Below, in pieces: positions 51,049-62,000 of a DNA stretch of 64,000 nucleotides; the first letter of the stretch is position 1, and each line of letters opens with the position of its first letter. The notes below the pieces were generated by a model. The model had not been told where the DNA came from, ran no database searches, and saw only the letters and a program-made list of their open reading frames with translations. This DNA is from Armatimonadota bacterium (GTDB lineage Bacteria > Armatimonadota > UBA5829 > DTJY01): contig OY760504.1 of the NCBI GenBank assembly GCA_963663705.1, forward strand, positions 2,711,217 through 2,775,216, given 5' to 3'. The translations under genes were made by a program, and so were the position numbers.

Positions 51049-53016
51049 TTATTTATATATCCAGATTTCTCCTTCACGGTAATCTATCCAAGCGGTCTCA
51101 AACCAGCTTACATCCTCGGGTATAGGCTTGATATTTTCATCGACAACAGAAATATCGGGTCCAATCACCTTTACTCTTTGCTTGCGATCCGCCATGCGTT
51201 CCATGCGATAGGAAAAGAGTATCCCGGCACTGCTCTCAACAGGAATCATATTTGGCCCCACATCTTTTACTAAGTACGAACCCCTGCTTCCACCGCCATT
51301 CTCAATATACCGGTCTGCTGAGGAGAGGAAGGCCAGATGAGCGAGCATCAGATTCTTCGTTATCCATGCCTCTACCAAATGCGAGCAGTTTTCTGCTGAG
51401 ATTTTGATATTTTGCTCGAGTTGTGCTTCAGCAAGTGTAGATCGGAGGGTTTCCGGCTCACGGATGAACCCACAGGCACTGTTCATCCTGCTCTGTATAT
51501 TGGCGCGAATGGAGACATGATTCGTTCCGCCGGCGCCAAGCATCCTGCGGCTTTCATTGAGAGCAGCCTTTGCCGCTTCTTCTATTATGGAAGACGTATC
51601 TTCGGCATGAGTCTCATTCTTCCGACTGCTGATATACTGTGCAACCCTTATACCACCTACCTGCCCGGAGTTCAGCGCTGATCCTCCCGGACGTGCCACC
51701 CCGTGTACTCCTGCCACTTCACCTATGGCGAAAAGGTTTGCGATATCGGTCTGGTAAAGGCTGTTTACCCTAAGTCCGCCATTGTTGTGTTGGAAAGATA
51801 CAGCTATCTCAAGCGGTTCGCGCAGGTCGATGCCATTCTCACTATAGATGTCGATGCTCATGGGGTTCATATGCAGTAGACGCTCGTACGGAGTTGGCTG
51901 CAGGGCTCCGGACGCGCTAAGGTAGTCTCTAGCCTCGGGGACCATGGCTTGTATATCGAAGATCTCATCGCCATATTTCGGATTTTCCATGAAGTCCATG
52001 TATACACGCCTGCCTGCTCGGAGTTCTAGCTCTACCGCAATATCCACGAGTGATGAACCGAAGTTATGGGCTCGGTTGGCCGAGAACGGCCACTGATAGC
52101 CTTTAAGGAAGATGTTTGACGCCATTTCGGGGAGGTCACGGTAGTAGTCTGCAAGGAAGTTGTAGCATCGTCCTTCCGAGTCTTCACTGAAGTAGGATGG
52201 TACGACCTGCTGATACGTGCCGGACAGGTTCCACCGGAACTTTGCGGATGTTATTCCAAATTGAGACTCGCCGAGGTTTACTGCGCTGGCGCCTGCCTCA
52301 AGCGCGACCCCATGTAAGCTTACCTGGCCACGCGGATATACGGATGATGAGTAAAGTTCGCCCGGTCCACCGGTAGCCAGTATGATATTCTCAGCGCAAA
52401 ATAGCGTCATCCCCATGTGTTCTCTATCAACTTCCTTTGAGTTGATTGCAACCAGTCCGCAGATCCGCTTGTCTTTTTCTCCTGTGGTCACCAGCTTTAC
52501 GACTGTCATATCTTCAAGCACAGGGATGTTGCTCTCCCGGGTTTTGCGAAGGGATGTTTCTACCATAAATTTTGATGTTTTGGGCCCGGCACTTGTTGCT
52601 CTCTGCCTGGGGTCATGATCGGTCTTGTAGCCTACGAATGCCCCATAGGAGTTGAATGGGAATGGCACGCCATTCTCCACAAGGTGAAAGAACGCAGGGA
52701 GTGAGTAAAGGCTTTCGATGTATGCTAGATCCCCATCCATACATCCGCCATCGAAGAGACTATGCGCCATCTCAGCGGGGCTGTCCGTCACATCTCCAAA
52801 GACGCTCATTTTGTAATATGTTTGCTTGTCTGAACCTGAACAGTAAGATGTTCCACCGTACAGGTTGGATGTGATAATGACAACATCTGTTACTCCGGCA
52901 TTATACAACCGTTCGGCACAGTTCAATCCGGCTGCACCACTGCCTACCACCAGGGTATGGCACGTGTACATATCGAGCCACAGTCCATTCTCCAATTCAA
53001 TTCGAATCTTTTCCAT
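51049..53016 (-). CDS. FAD-dependent oxidoreductase, succinate dehydrogenase / fumarate reductase flavoprotein-like
   Basis: HTLVVGSGAAGLNCA dinucleotide-binding motif; 655 aa with FrdA/SdhA/NadB-like architecture. Confidence 0.6.
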   Translation of the reverse strand: MEKIRIELENGLWLDMYTCHTLVVGSGAAGLNCAERLYNAGVTDVVIITSNLYGGTSYCSGSDKQTYYKMSVFGDVTDSPAEMAHSLFDGGCMDGDLAYIESLYSLPAFFHLVENGVPFPFNSYGAFVGYKTDHDPRQRATSAGPKTSKFMVETSLRKTRESNIPVLEDMTVVKLVTTGEKDKRICGLVAINSKEVDREHMGMTLFCAENIILATGGPGELYSSSVYPRGQVSLHGVALEAGASAVNLGESQFGITSAKFRWNLSGTYQQVVPSYFSEDSEGRCYNFLADYYRDLPEMASNIFLKGYQWPFSANRAHNFGSSLVDIAVELELRAGRRVYMDFMENPKYGDEIFDIQAMVPEARDYLSASGALQPTPYERLLHMNPMSIDIYSENGIDLREPLEIAVSFQHNNGGLRVNSLYQTDIANLFAIGEVAGVHGVARPGGSALNSGQVGGIRVAQYISSRKNETHAEDTSSIIEEAAKAALNESRRMLGAGGTNHVSIRANIQSRMNSACGFIREPETLRSTLAEAQLEQNIKISAENCSHLVEAWITKNLMLAHLAFLSSADRYIENGGGSRGSYLVKDVGPNMIPVESSAGILFSYRMERMADRKQRVKVIGPDISVVDENIKPIPEDVSWFETAWIDYREGEIWIYK

Positions 53017-53049
53017 TTTCTACCTTACTAATCTGCTTTTTCGATATGC

Positions 53050-53817
53050 CTAAAGCCGTCTCAGATGAAACCCGCCATCTATGTTGAAAACCTGCCCGGT
53101 GGAGTAGGCGAACGCCTCGCGAGCGATTGCCAGAACTGCCTCAGCGATGTCCTCCGGTTCGCCCCACCGGCGTATAGGGAGCAAGTTCTCCTCACCAATT
53201 AATTCGTCGTACCTGGCGCTGACTGTATCGGTCATAGGGGTTCGTATTATTCCCGGTCGAAGCTCGTAGACGTTTATTCCATATTCTGCAAGACGGTCGG
53301 CAAAGAGCTTTGTCATCATGCTCACGCCTGCTTTGGAGATACAGTATTCGCCTCTTGATACCGACGATGTGTATGCGGACATGGAGGATATGTTGACGAT
53401 TTTTGGATTCGTCACTATTTGACCTGCCACTAATTCGATCATGCATTTCGAAAGGAGTTGTGTCAGGAAGAACGGACCTTTCAGGTTGATTGCCATGACC
53501 CGATCGTAGCTTTCCTCTATCATCGCAAGGATGTCCATTCGCTTTGCTGGCGCTACTCCGGCGTTGTTGACGAGGAGATCGAGCCTGCCAAAGTTATCCA
53601 TGATCTCCCCGGCAATTCTTTCTCTGTCCTCGCTGCTGCTTATATCCGCATGGATGTAGACATGTTTTTCTCCGGCAATCTCTTTCAGAGTGCCTGCGAT
53701 CTCAGATTCATCTCTCAAATCGACTATCGCTATGTGAAATCCATCGGCGGCTAGTGCCTTTGCAATGGCAAATCCGATCCCTGATGCTGCACCCGTAACG
53801 CATGCTACCTTATTCAT
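53050..53817 (-). CDS. SDR family short-chain dehydrogenase/reductase
   Basis: [20 protein letters not shown] cofactor motif; YxxxK (YCISK) catalytic motif. Confidence 0.85.
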   Translation of the reverse strand: MNKVACVTGAASGIGFAIAKALAADGFHIAIVDLRDESEIAGTLKEIAGEKHVYIHADISSSEDRERIAGEIMDNFGRLDLLVNNAGVAPAKRMDILAMIEESYDRVMAINLKGPFFLTQLLSKCMIELVAGQIVTNPKIVNISSMSAYTSSVSRGEYCISKAGVSMMTKLFADRLAEYGINVYELRPGIIRTPMTDTVSARYDELIGEENLLPIRRWGEPEDIAEAVLAIAREAFAYSTGQVFNIDGGFHLRRL

Positions 53818-54940
53818 TCCAGTGGCCTTCCTTCAATATGCAGGCAACAAGCCCATCATATGGGTCTAGTATCAACTTATGGAAGACTTTCTCCAATTTC
53901 GAACCACTCGATTTCGCAAATGGTTTGTCAACCCTGCCCATGACATAGCTCAAGATCTGAACATTCTCTGCTCCAGCCTTCATATACTCATAGACATCTC
54001 TACCGGAGTAGACTCCTCCTGTTGCGGAGATCGGTAATTTTGGAAAACTATCTCTTATCGTACGAATCTGTTTAAGATTCCTTTGTCTCAATTCTTCACC
54101 ACCATGCCCCGACTTGTACTCGGGATTGTATATTCTGTTGCCAACCACCAGCCCATCTGCTCCACCTTCGATAGCGGCTTCAGCCATACTGGTCTGAAAT
54201 CCTATGCCCCACTCAAGGTTCAGGATTTTGGGAAAGACTTTCATATCGGGAACTGCGCGTTTGATGTATGATGTACATGTTCTGTACCAGCGAAGTACAT
54301 TTTCCTGGTCTGCTGTATAGTTATCGCCGAGGAGAAACGGGCAGAAGTCGATCTCTACATGCTTGTATCCGATTTCCCGATACAACGCACTCGTATATGT
54401 CCATTCGTCCTCGATAAAGTCTTCACCCGGGAACGGCAGGTGGCACAAGAAGGATGCTATCACGAAGAACCTGTTTGACTCTTCGTGAGCTTTTGCATTC
54501 CCTGCGAATTCCTTGTACTCATGCAAGCACCGGTCGTCGAGCCTCCCATCCCAATGAATTATCGGGCGTTCTCCGGCAGTATCACCTGGATTGAAGAATG
54601 TACGGACGACACTGGGTTTCTTTCGCTGGACGATCATCGAGCATCTGCCGTCTGCTCCCTCGCCGACCACGGACTTGAGTACGGCGCCCGCATATCCGGA
54701 ATGTTTGATAGCTTGCATCTGCGTTAGATTGACTGTCATAGATCCTGGAGCGATAAGCAGGGGGTTCCTGATTGGGATATCCAGGTACCTGCTTCCCAGA
54801 GAAATTCCGTATGCCTGCTCGACGGCATCGACGCAGCCATCTAACGGGTGCACGGTGTAGTATCTAAACAAATCTTTTAAAAACCTGATGTTCCTCGACA
54901 TATAAAACGCCAAAATCGGCAATTGGCCGATCTCCTCCAA
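53810..54940 (-). CDS. Dihydroorotate dehydrogenase / dihydropyrimidine dehydrogenase-like flavin TIM-barrel oxidoreductase
   Basis: [28 protein letters not shown] (compare the NLSCPN motif) and [28 protein letters not shown] blocks mirror class 1 DHOD/PreA. Confidence 0.55.
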   Translation of the reverse strand: MEEIGQLPILAFYMSRNIRFLKDLFRYYTVHPLDGCVDAVEQAYGISLGSRYLDIPIRNPLLIAPGSMTVNLTQMQAIKHSGYAGAVLKSVVGEGADGRCSMIVQRKKPSVVRTFFNPGDTAGERPIIHWDGRLDDRCLHEYKEFAGNAKAHEESNRFFVIASFLCHLPFPGEDFIEDEWTYTSALYREIGYKHVEIDFCPFLLGDNYTADQENVLRWYRTCTSYIKRAVPDMKVFPKILNLEWGIGFQTSMAEAAIEGGADGLVVGNRIYNPEYKSGHGGEELRQRNLKQIRTIRDSFPKLPISATGGVYSGRDVYEYMKAGAENVQILSYVMGRVDKPFAKSSGSKLEKVFHKLILDPYDGLVACILKEGHWNE

Positions 54941-54967
54941 TGTTTTGCTAGTAACCCATGTTACGCG

Positions 54968-55017
54968 CCAGCCGTAAGTTCTTAAAGCTACTTGTAAGCG
55001 CTTGCTAGTGCAGAGCG
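54968..55017. promoter_or_regulatory. Conserved about 50-nt intergenic block containing the AAGCGCTT palindrome (paralogous block at 59721-59770)
   Basis: gccagccgtaagttcttRaagctRNttgtaagcgcttgctagYgcaga is shared by the two sites. The core TAAGCGCTTGC also occurs at 8583-8593. Confidence 0.4.
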
Positions 55018-55251
55018 GTACAGCTTGGCCTTCACGGCAAAATGGTTCAACCTGTGCGCTGTGCTAAGAATTGCCAGCTTTGCGTAAGCGTATATGCTGG
55101 CGAAGAAATGGTTGCCTTGAGTCGTCACCGTTTTTGTCGGTGATTTTGCAAACGATGCGTTGGATTTTTTGGAGTTGTGATACTCTTCGACCTTATCGCA
55201 ACCCCCATCGGCTTGTTCGAACCTATTTTCCAGTCATTACATATCGCCTGC

Positions 55252-55288
55252 TGGTTGGCTAACCTGCAGGCGATATGCGCAACGTGAG
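55252..55288. promoter_or_regulatory. Perfect 12-bp inverted repeat, catatcgcctgc-N13-gcaggcgatatg; a degenerate copy lies at 59894-59930
   Basis: Seen directly. It lies 32 nt 3' of the minus-strand 55320 gene stop and about 310 nt upstream of the 54940 operon start. Confidence 0.4.
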
Positions 55289-55319
55289 TTACCTCATTCT
55301 TAGAGATCGTTCAATCTTT

Positions 55320-58300
55320 CTACAAACGTGTGAGCGATACATCATGCAGGCCATGCAAGTCCAGTTGGAACGAAATATTACCTCCCGCACCGGCAGTGAT
55401 CCGCTTTGCAACGCCATCGACGGTCAGCGTGTATTCGGCCTTCGGTTTCACGGAGAAGTCTCCGGTTTTGACCGTGAGATTCGCCCTGTCCTTCCCGTTC
55501 AGCTGAATCTTGATTCCCCTGTCGTCGTACTGAGTGCAGGAGACATTCACCCTGCCGTCCGTCTTCATGGAGATGGGGATCTTCTTCACCACTGCTGATT
55601 CGGAGTCCTTCAGTGCAACCATCGTGCGGACGCCCTTGCGGTCTGCGGTCGTCACGAAGTCGGGAGTGACGGAAACGCCCCGCGGGTCGTACTTGTAGCC
55701 AAAGTGAAGGCTGTTGTCGCCCGGCCATCCGTAGACTCCCGAGTTCATGGTGACTATCCGCTCCCGGCCCTTCACACAGCCGGAGTGTATCTCCTCGAAA
55801 GTGATCGGGAACATCTGCTGTGCAAGCGATGGGTATTTAAGTATGTTATCGCCTGTAGCATACAAAAACATGAGCTCGCCCCACTTGAGCTTGTCGAGCG
55901 CATCTCGGTAGATATCGACATCGTTCTGGATATTGTACATATTCGAGAGAGCGATCGATGTGGGGGCGAGATGCGTATCGGGATTTGCAACCACTTCCTT
56001 GTCATGGATGATCTTCTGCTTGCCGATGGTACGGGTGATCACGGAGTTGTTCGCTATCACCGTCGCACCCTTCGCGTGCACCTTATCTACGAACTGAACC
56101 AGCGAAGGCTGTGACAGGAGGAGCACCGAGCCCATCTTGCGCTTTATGGTCTTGGTCGCTGGGTCGATCTCCACCGAGTGGTTGTCCCAGCGGTCGTAGG
56201 TATACTTGCCCGTGTAGCCCACCATATATCCATCCAGGAAGAAGCAGTTGTAGCCACACTCGTCCATGTACACGTCGGCGCTCTTCATCAGCGCATTGTG
56301 GAAGCTGTTGCCCGGAGTCGGATAGTATGTATAAGCGTTCCAGCCCTCGTCAAGTCTCTTCTGACTTATCCACGGCGGATTCTCAGGCCATAGCGCCTGG
56401 TTCCCGGACTTATCGATCACCCGTGAATCCGCGAACGTCTCGCTCGGCTTGTTTGTGATATACAGGCTGTGCGCTATGTGGAAGAAGCACTCCATTCCCG
56501 GATGCGCTTTCGTCGTCTTGTCGGCCAACTCCCTGTTGAACTGAATAGCCTTGGGGTAGTTCATAAAATCGATCCCCTCTAACGAAAGCTCTGGATCATC
56601 AGCCAACCCGGCGAATGAACCGGGACCGAAGTATTTGATATTCCCATTTTCAAAGAACTCATCGCTCGGCAATTTTCCAGACTTGTCGAACGGGCCGTTC
56701 GGCCAGCATGCCCACTGCCCCTCGACCGTCACGCCGTTTCGGCCTTCGTCTCTCCGCACAGCGTTTATAAAGTCGTAGTAGTCGCCGGTGCTGTTCGGAT
56801 AGACTGCCCATTCGAGCGTGTACGATGCCTTGCCGGCGAGTCCGAACTTGTTTGAGCTGACACCAATCCGTCCATTCTGATTGAAAACCTGAGACTGAAT
56901 AACATAAACATCGTCCAGAGGAAGGATACCAATCCCCAGATCTTTTCTTCCCACGAAGACACTCGGGCTGAGAGTCTCCTCCTGCATTCCGGCACCTTTG
57001 TAGCCGGAGAGGTACGAGTTGCTGAACTCCTGCCTCGACAGGCCCATATGGTTGCTAAGTATTATACCGATGTCTTCCGAGGTGTTGTTGGTGATCCTGT
57101 CCTTCACCGACACTCTATTCTGGAAGAGCTGGATATTCCGCTCTATCGTGTAGTACGCACCCTTCGCGACGACCCTGTAGTGTGAGTCATCAAGCCGCTT
57201 TGTGGAGACATTCCAGGAGGATTCGCCGTCGCTGCTTGCTCCGGTAACGGCCAGACGGTTCTCTCCGCCCCTGGGGTACGAATACGTTGACTCTACAGGG
57301 TACTTGGTGCCGTCAATATTAAGATCGAAACCTCCACCGGTGGATAGGTCGAACTTGTACTTCGCCGTTTTCGAAAGTTTTGGGAGGATCGGCGCATAGC
57401 GTGTGTCCGGCGACGCCAGCTTGACCGCCGATCTCGTGTACGGGAAGGAGACCCTCTCCTCGGGACGCACGCCCCGGTCATCGGTGAAGACTGCACGCGC
57501 CTCATATGTCCCGGGCTGGAAGCCTGCAGTATCGAAGGAGGCTTCCTTCTCGCCCTTGCGCGTCAGGCCCGACAGCTCGGCGGTTCGAATGGCGGTCTGC
57601 TCTCCCGGCTTCGCCAGCTGTACCTGCACGCGGCAATCTCCCGCGAGAGGGAGAAGCCCCCTGTAGTCGACGTCTACGACGATCTGTCCTCTGTCGGGAT
57701 ATGCGTAAGGGATCAGACGCACGCGGTTGAACCAGACGGGGTCGGAGAACTTCTTGAGCCCGTCCCTGAAATGGGCGGTAACTTCATCCGGCAAGAGCGC
57801 CCGGTTGTAGACCTTCACGCCGCCGATCATCCCGAGAAACGGGCGAACGACCCCATAAGCCGGGTCGGGAGCATCCGGATTGGCGAGTATCTTACCGATA
57901 TAGAAGTTCTTTCCGGGATTTGCGGAAGGGATCTTGGTCGGGGATTCGGCGATTTTCACCCCGTCGGCGTACAGCTTCAACACTTTCCCGTCGAATGTGC
58001 CGATTATGTGCACCCACTTATCGAACTCGATCAGGCCGAAGCAGCCGTTGCAGCCGCTGGAGATGTACCACCACGCGCCGCCCTCGCGCCCGTAGGTCAG
58101 CGCGTAGTTGTCGTAGTACTTGCCGACGATGCCTGCGGCGTCGCTGGGCTTGGCGGCAGCCCGCATCCAGACCTCGAGACTCAGCTGATCCTTGAGGTTC
58201 AGACTCGGCGTGTCCCCGCAATCGACGCAATCGTCCTCACCGTCGAATTTCAATGCATAGCCGTTTCCGACCTTCACCCATTCGGCGCCCTGTATCCTGC

Positions 58301-58451
58301 CGTCGTTTCCGTTTCCGCTCGAATCCTTCAGCACCGAGCCAGAACCTTCGCCGAAGGTGTAGTCGGCGATCAGTCCATCGTCAGCTCTCACAGCGCTCAT
58401 TCCCGCGACAAGCATACAGATCAAAATACCCCAAAAGATGCGCACACGCAT
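55320..58451 (-). CDS. Large secreted protein with an N-terminal LamG/concanavalin-A-like lectin domain
   Basis: Signal peptide MRVRIFWGILICMLVAGMSAVRA. LamG-like stretch DGRIQGAEWVKVGNGYALKFDGEDDCVDCGD...LSLEVWM...GKYYD. The remaining about 800 aa are unassigned. Confidence 0.5.
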   Translation of the reverse strand: MRVRIFWGILICMLVAGMSAVRADDGLIADYTFGEGSGSVLKDSSGNGNDGRIQGAEWVKVGNGYALKFDGEDDCVDCGDTPSLNLKDQLSLEVWMRAAAKPSDAAGIVGKYYDNYALTYGREGGAWWYISSGCNGCFGLIEFDKWVHIIGTFDGKVLKLYADGVKIAESPTKIPSANPGKNFYIGKILANPDAPDPAYGVVRPFLGMIGGVKVYNRALLPDEVTAHFRDGLKKFSDPVWFNRVRLIPYAYPDRGQIVVDVDYRGLLPLAGDCRVQVQLAKPGEQTAIRTAELSGLTRKGEKEASFDTAGFQPGTYEARAVFTDDRGVRPEERVSFPYTRSAVKLASPDTRYAPILPKLSKTAKYKFDLSTGGGFDLNIDGTKYPVESTYSYPRGGENRLAVTGASSDGESSWNVSTKRLDDSHYRVVAKGAYYTIERNIQLFQNRVSVKDRITNNTSEDIGIILSNHMGLSRQEFSNSYLSGYKGAGMQEETLSPSVFVGRKDLGIGILPLDDVYVIQSQVFNQNGRIGVSSNKFGLAGKASYTLEWAVYPNSTGDYYDFINAVRRDEGRNGVTVEGQWACWPNGPFDKSGKLPSDEFFENGNIKYFGPGSFAGLADDPELSLEGIDFMNYPKAIQFNRELADKTTKAHPGMECFFHIAHSLYITNKPSETFADSRVIDKSGNQALWPENPPWISQKRLDEGWNAYTYYPTPGNSFHNALMKSADVYMDECGYNCFFLDGYMVGYTGKYTYDRWDNHSVEIDPATKTIKRKMGSVLLLSQPSLVQFVDKVHAKGATVIANNSVITRTIGKQKIIHDKEVVANPDTHLAPTSIALSNMYNIQNDVDIYRDALDKLKWGELMFLYATGDNILKYPSLAQQMFPITFEEIHSGCVKGRERIVTMNSGVYGWPGDNSLHFGYKYDPRGVSVTPDFVTTADRKGVRTMVALKDSESAVVKKIPISMKTDGRVNVSCTQYDDRGIKIQLNGKDRANLTVKTGDFSVKPKAEYTLTVDGVAKRITAGAGGNISFQLDLHGLHDVSLTRL

Positions 58452-58886
58452 ATGCCTTACCCTCCCAAATGCATATCTATCAAGAAGCTTATGTAGTACG
58501 GAGCGTGAATCGCAAGGAGATTGCTGCCCCTGCGCCTCATAGAAACATTGTACCACTTGACACGGCCGTCACCCAAAACACATTGTCGCACCCATTGTGC
58601 CTGTCACCCTGCGGAAGATATCAACGGCATTCCTCACATCGTTTCCACACATGCTGCATTTCTCCGATCTCGGTCTCAAGGGTTCCGGTGCGGTGGAGTA
58701 AAGGGTACAAAACCTCCACCGCACCGAACTATCATATATTACGGCTTTGTAGCCGCACCATCGTACGACGGAGTCATGCTTATGGGAAAAATCCGCCGTT
58801 TGGATGATTGCTTTCGTCCTAAATTCGAATGCTGCCGGCCACCCAGCCGGGCCGGCAGCAGAGAGTCCAACTAAGGAGGGTCAGTT

Positions 58887-59549
58887 CTAGTCCCCCTCAT
58901 AGTTGATCAGGAAGCTTATGTGGTACGGAGCGTGAATCGTTGCGTCGGTACGGGGATCGTTGATAACTCCCTGTGCCTCAGCGAGATTTTTGTACCATTT
59001 GACATGACCGTCACCGAAGACGATATTGTCGCCGCCGCTGTGCCTGTCCCCCTGGCAGTAAGCGAAATTGTTACAGTAGTTTGGCATGTCCAATGTGTTC
59101 GCCCAACGCCACCACGGCTCGTCGTCTTCCAGCATCACTACCCACTGCGCGGGGCATTTGACGGCCGAAAGGGGCACCCCGTCAATAGCCACACCCATGG
59201 GGAACTGTCCGACGCTCTGGTTCGGAAGATAACTCAGGTAGCCGCTCGAATCTGTTGCATAAGGATCGCTCGGGCAGCGTTTTAAGCCCTTGCTTTTTAT
59301 GTACGGTTCGAGAACGACCGCCCACGACGGGCTGGAGCCACCGCAGGGGAAGAACTTCTCGTCGTAATCCTGCAGGTACATCATGGTAGCAGTACCTATC
59401 TGCTTCATGTTGCTCTGACAACTCACTTGCCTTGCCTTCTCTCTGGCCTTGGCAAATACAGGGAAGAGAATTGCTGCCAGGATTGCTATAATAGCAATTA
59501 CGACTAGCAACTCAATGAGAGTGAAACCTTTTCTTCTTGTACACTTCAT
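58887..59549 (-). CDS. DUF1559 / H-X9-DG prepilin-type N-terminal domain protein
   Basis: [41 protein letters not shown]; C-terminal FGDGHVKWY. Confidence 0.85.
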   Translation of the reverse strand: MKCTRRKGFTLIELLVVIAIIAILAAILFPVFAKAREKARQVSCQSNMKQIGTATMMYLQDYDEKFFPCGGSSPSWAVVLEPYIKSKGLKRCPSDPYATDSSGYLSYLPNQSVGQFPMGVAIDGVPLSAVKCPAQWVVMLEDDEPWWRWANTLDMPNYCNNFAYCQGDRHSGGDNIVFGDGHVKWYKNLAEAQGVINDPRTDATIHAPYHISFLINYEGD

Positions 59550-60073
59550 TTCTTTTCCTCCATTTCGTAGTGTGAATTACTGTTCCGAAAAACCATTACT
59601 ATGCCGGTTTTTTCTACTCTGCCACCCCCTTTCCCAAAACCTTGCCATATCCTTTGCCGAATCGTTTTGGCAAAAATAGCTAAATAACTTACGTTAAGCG
59701 CCAGATAGGTTCGTAGTCATGCCAGCCGTAAGTTCTTGAAGCTGATTGTAAGCGCTTGCTAGCGCAGAAAGCCCTGTGGCCGTAGTGGCGTCAAAGGAAC
59801 AGATAAGATAGTCAGAGTATAGATCGAGCATGTGTGCTTCATATAACTATTTTATCACAACGCCAACTGGCTGTTCCACCGATTTTCTAGTCATTACATA
59901 TCGCCTGCTGCTGGCTAACCTGCCAGACAGGTGCGTAGCGAGCTAGTAAATCAATTATAGGTTCATATCGCTATATGCACAATAGTCGATATTTAGTTTG
60001 GACATATTTTTTGTTTGTTGACTAATCTTCATTTTTGTCTATAATTTACATAGGTGTTTTGAAGAGAGTTTAT

Positions 60074-60919
60074 ATGGAGAGAAAGACCATGTTGAAAGCA
60101 AGCACGGCTTGGGATGATTTGCTTTTGGAATTTCGAAATCCCACCTTCATCTTCGGAGAAGAGATCCTGCAAGAGCGGATGCACAGTATAGCTGAGCATA
60201 AGCACGATTATTATCAAATGGATTACTTCAATCACGGTCGAGGCAGGATTGCTATTGCAGGCAAAGAGTATATTGTCATGGCGGGCGACATCTTTATCTG
60301 TAACCCAGGAGACAGACATGAGATTTGTTGTTTCAAGTCAGAGCCTGTCGAACGCATTATGGTAAAATTCAATCCATCGGTGGGTGACGCTAAGAATCAT
60401 GTTTTTCCAAACTATATCGGCAACTTGGGTCTACTGCCGCACGACCAGCAGAAGGAATTGGAACACAATCTGCGTCGGGCATGTATAGAGGCAAATAAGG
60501 ATAATGTCTTATTATCCATAGCTCTTTTCACCGTATTCTTCCTGTCCATGATCAGTTACCTCCGAGATGCCTCTCTATTGGTGAAGTCGGGTTGCATCGA
60601 GGGCCGAAACCATCGCATCATGGATTACCTGAAACGAAATTACAACAGACCGATTACTCTTTCAGACCTGTCAAATCTGACCGGCTTGCATCCTCAATAT
60701 CTCTGTCACCAGTTCTCTATGGAGATGGGTATCCCTCCGATGGCTGCACTCACCAGACACAGGATACAGGTCTCCAAGAAACTACTTATCAATACCAATC
60801 TGCCGATCAACGAGATAGCTGTCAGAGTTGGCTGCGAAGATGTGTACAACTTTTCCAAACGATTCAAGATGATAGAGGGTCTTTCTCCACTAAACTGGAG
60901 AAAAAAACATTCCAGTTGA
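60074..60919 (+). CDS. AraC family transcriptional regulator (cupin plus HTH)
   Basis: C-terminal AraC HTH (LTGLHPQYLCHQFSMEMGIPPMAALTRHRIQVSKKLLINTNLPINEIAVRVGCED). GC is lower than in surrounding genes. Confidence 0.75.
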   Translation: MERKTMLKASTAWDDLLLEFRNPTFIFGEEILQERMHSIAEHKHDYYQMDYFNHGRGRIAIAGKEYIVMAGDIFICNPGDRHEICCFKSEPVERIMVKFNPSVGDAKNHVFPNYIGNLGLLPHDQQKELEHNLRRACIEANKDNVLLSIALFTVFFLSMISYLRDASLLVKSGCIEGRNHRIMDYLKRNYNRPITLSDLSNLTGLHPQYLCHQFSMEMGIPPMAALTRHRIQVSKKLLINTNLPINEIAVRVGCEDVYNFSKRFKMIEGLSPLNWRKKHSS

Positions 60920-61339
60920 ACCATTTTATACTCATTGCTGGGATAATCTAACGTTTCTGCTTTGTCTGAGCCGCTACTAGATGAAAGAGCCTTCTCCCCC
61001 GAACTTCGGTTTACATAAACGGCAGCACAAGCTGTTTCCAAGATGTCTCGGCATTCTGTCGATATGCTCGTCTTGAGCGTGCGATGAAATTCACCATCGG
61101 CATATTGTCCATCCTATGGCAACTTTCGTCCGTACTATCACCCCTGAAGAAGACTCCAAACTCAAGGGACTCATGGTTTCTGACGACCTGACAAGCTGGC
61201 ATGCCCACCGCATCCTCCTGTCGGCCAAGGGAAAGACTACTATCCAAATCGCTGAGATGCCTGGAATCTCGGAAGAATAGCAAAGGAGTGACTGATTAAG
61301 CCACCCCTTTGTACACCGCAAATATCCGATTTTGACGCC

Positions 61340-61810
61340 TGATTCTTAATAAAAAAATGGCTCCATAAGAAAGTTTGTGGATAGCGACAGTGTTCCGACA
61401 ACCGTGCGAGTAAATTCGCGGCAACAAAAACACGAAGCCGCCCTGCGCAGACTCAAAAATACCCCAACTGTATCATAGCTGTCCAAAATCCCCTCACCCC
61501 AACCCTCTCCCGAAATCGGGCGAGGGAGAAGTCTTATCGATATGAGTTCGTACTTCACACTTTCCCCATACCAAACAATGTCATTCTGAGCGTAGCGAAT
61601 CTTCTTCCTAATGAGATCCTTTGAGGTTGATGCTTCGGTTGCAGAGTCGACGACGCCGCTGCCGAAGCCTGGCAGACATGTACCGTCCCTCGATATGCCC
61701 TGTGGGCTACTCGGGATAAGCGGCATCTCCCCTCGCCCGAAATCGGGAGAGGGCGAATCAGATTCACCCACAAGAAAGCTAATAGAGCCATTGAATTTAT
61801 GGTGGCCGGT
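61340..61810. repeat. Inverted, expanded copy of the 360-650 element, carrying two GC-rich hairpins
   Basis: Blocks A and B are conserved. There is an about 190-nt insertion between them. Hairpins ccctctcccgaaatcgggcgaggg (61513-61536) and ccctcgcccgaaatcgggagaggg (61727-61750). Confidence 0.7.
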
Positions 61811-62000
61811 CATTATTCAAGGTTGGTGGAACTAGAGAAGTCATGGCAGACAATATTATAACAAGTGTGAGGGATGTTACCTGGGGGTTGCCATCGAGAA
61901 TTTGGAATAAAAGAATCTAAGGAGAATACTAAACTGTTGTCGGTTTCCAAATATGTCAGATTAACGCTATGCATGCTTAATTCGTGGGGAGGAATTATCT

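Noticed and set aside
61346-61813. 155-aa minus-strand ORF inside the 61340-61810 repeat
   Set aside because: The corresponding frame in the other copy of the repeat (360-650) stops after about 35 codons. The region is full of hairpins and is conserved as nucleotide sequence, not as protein.
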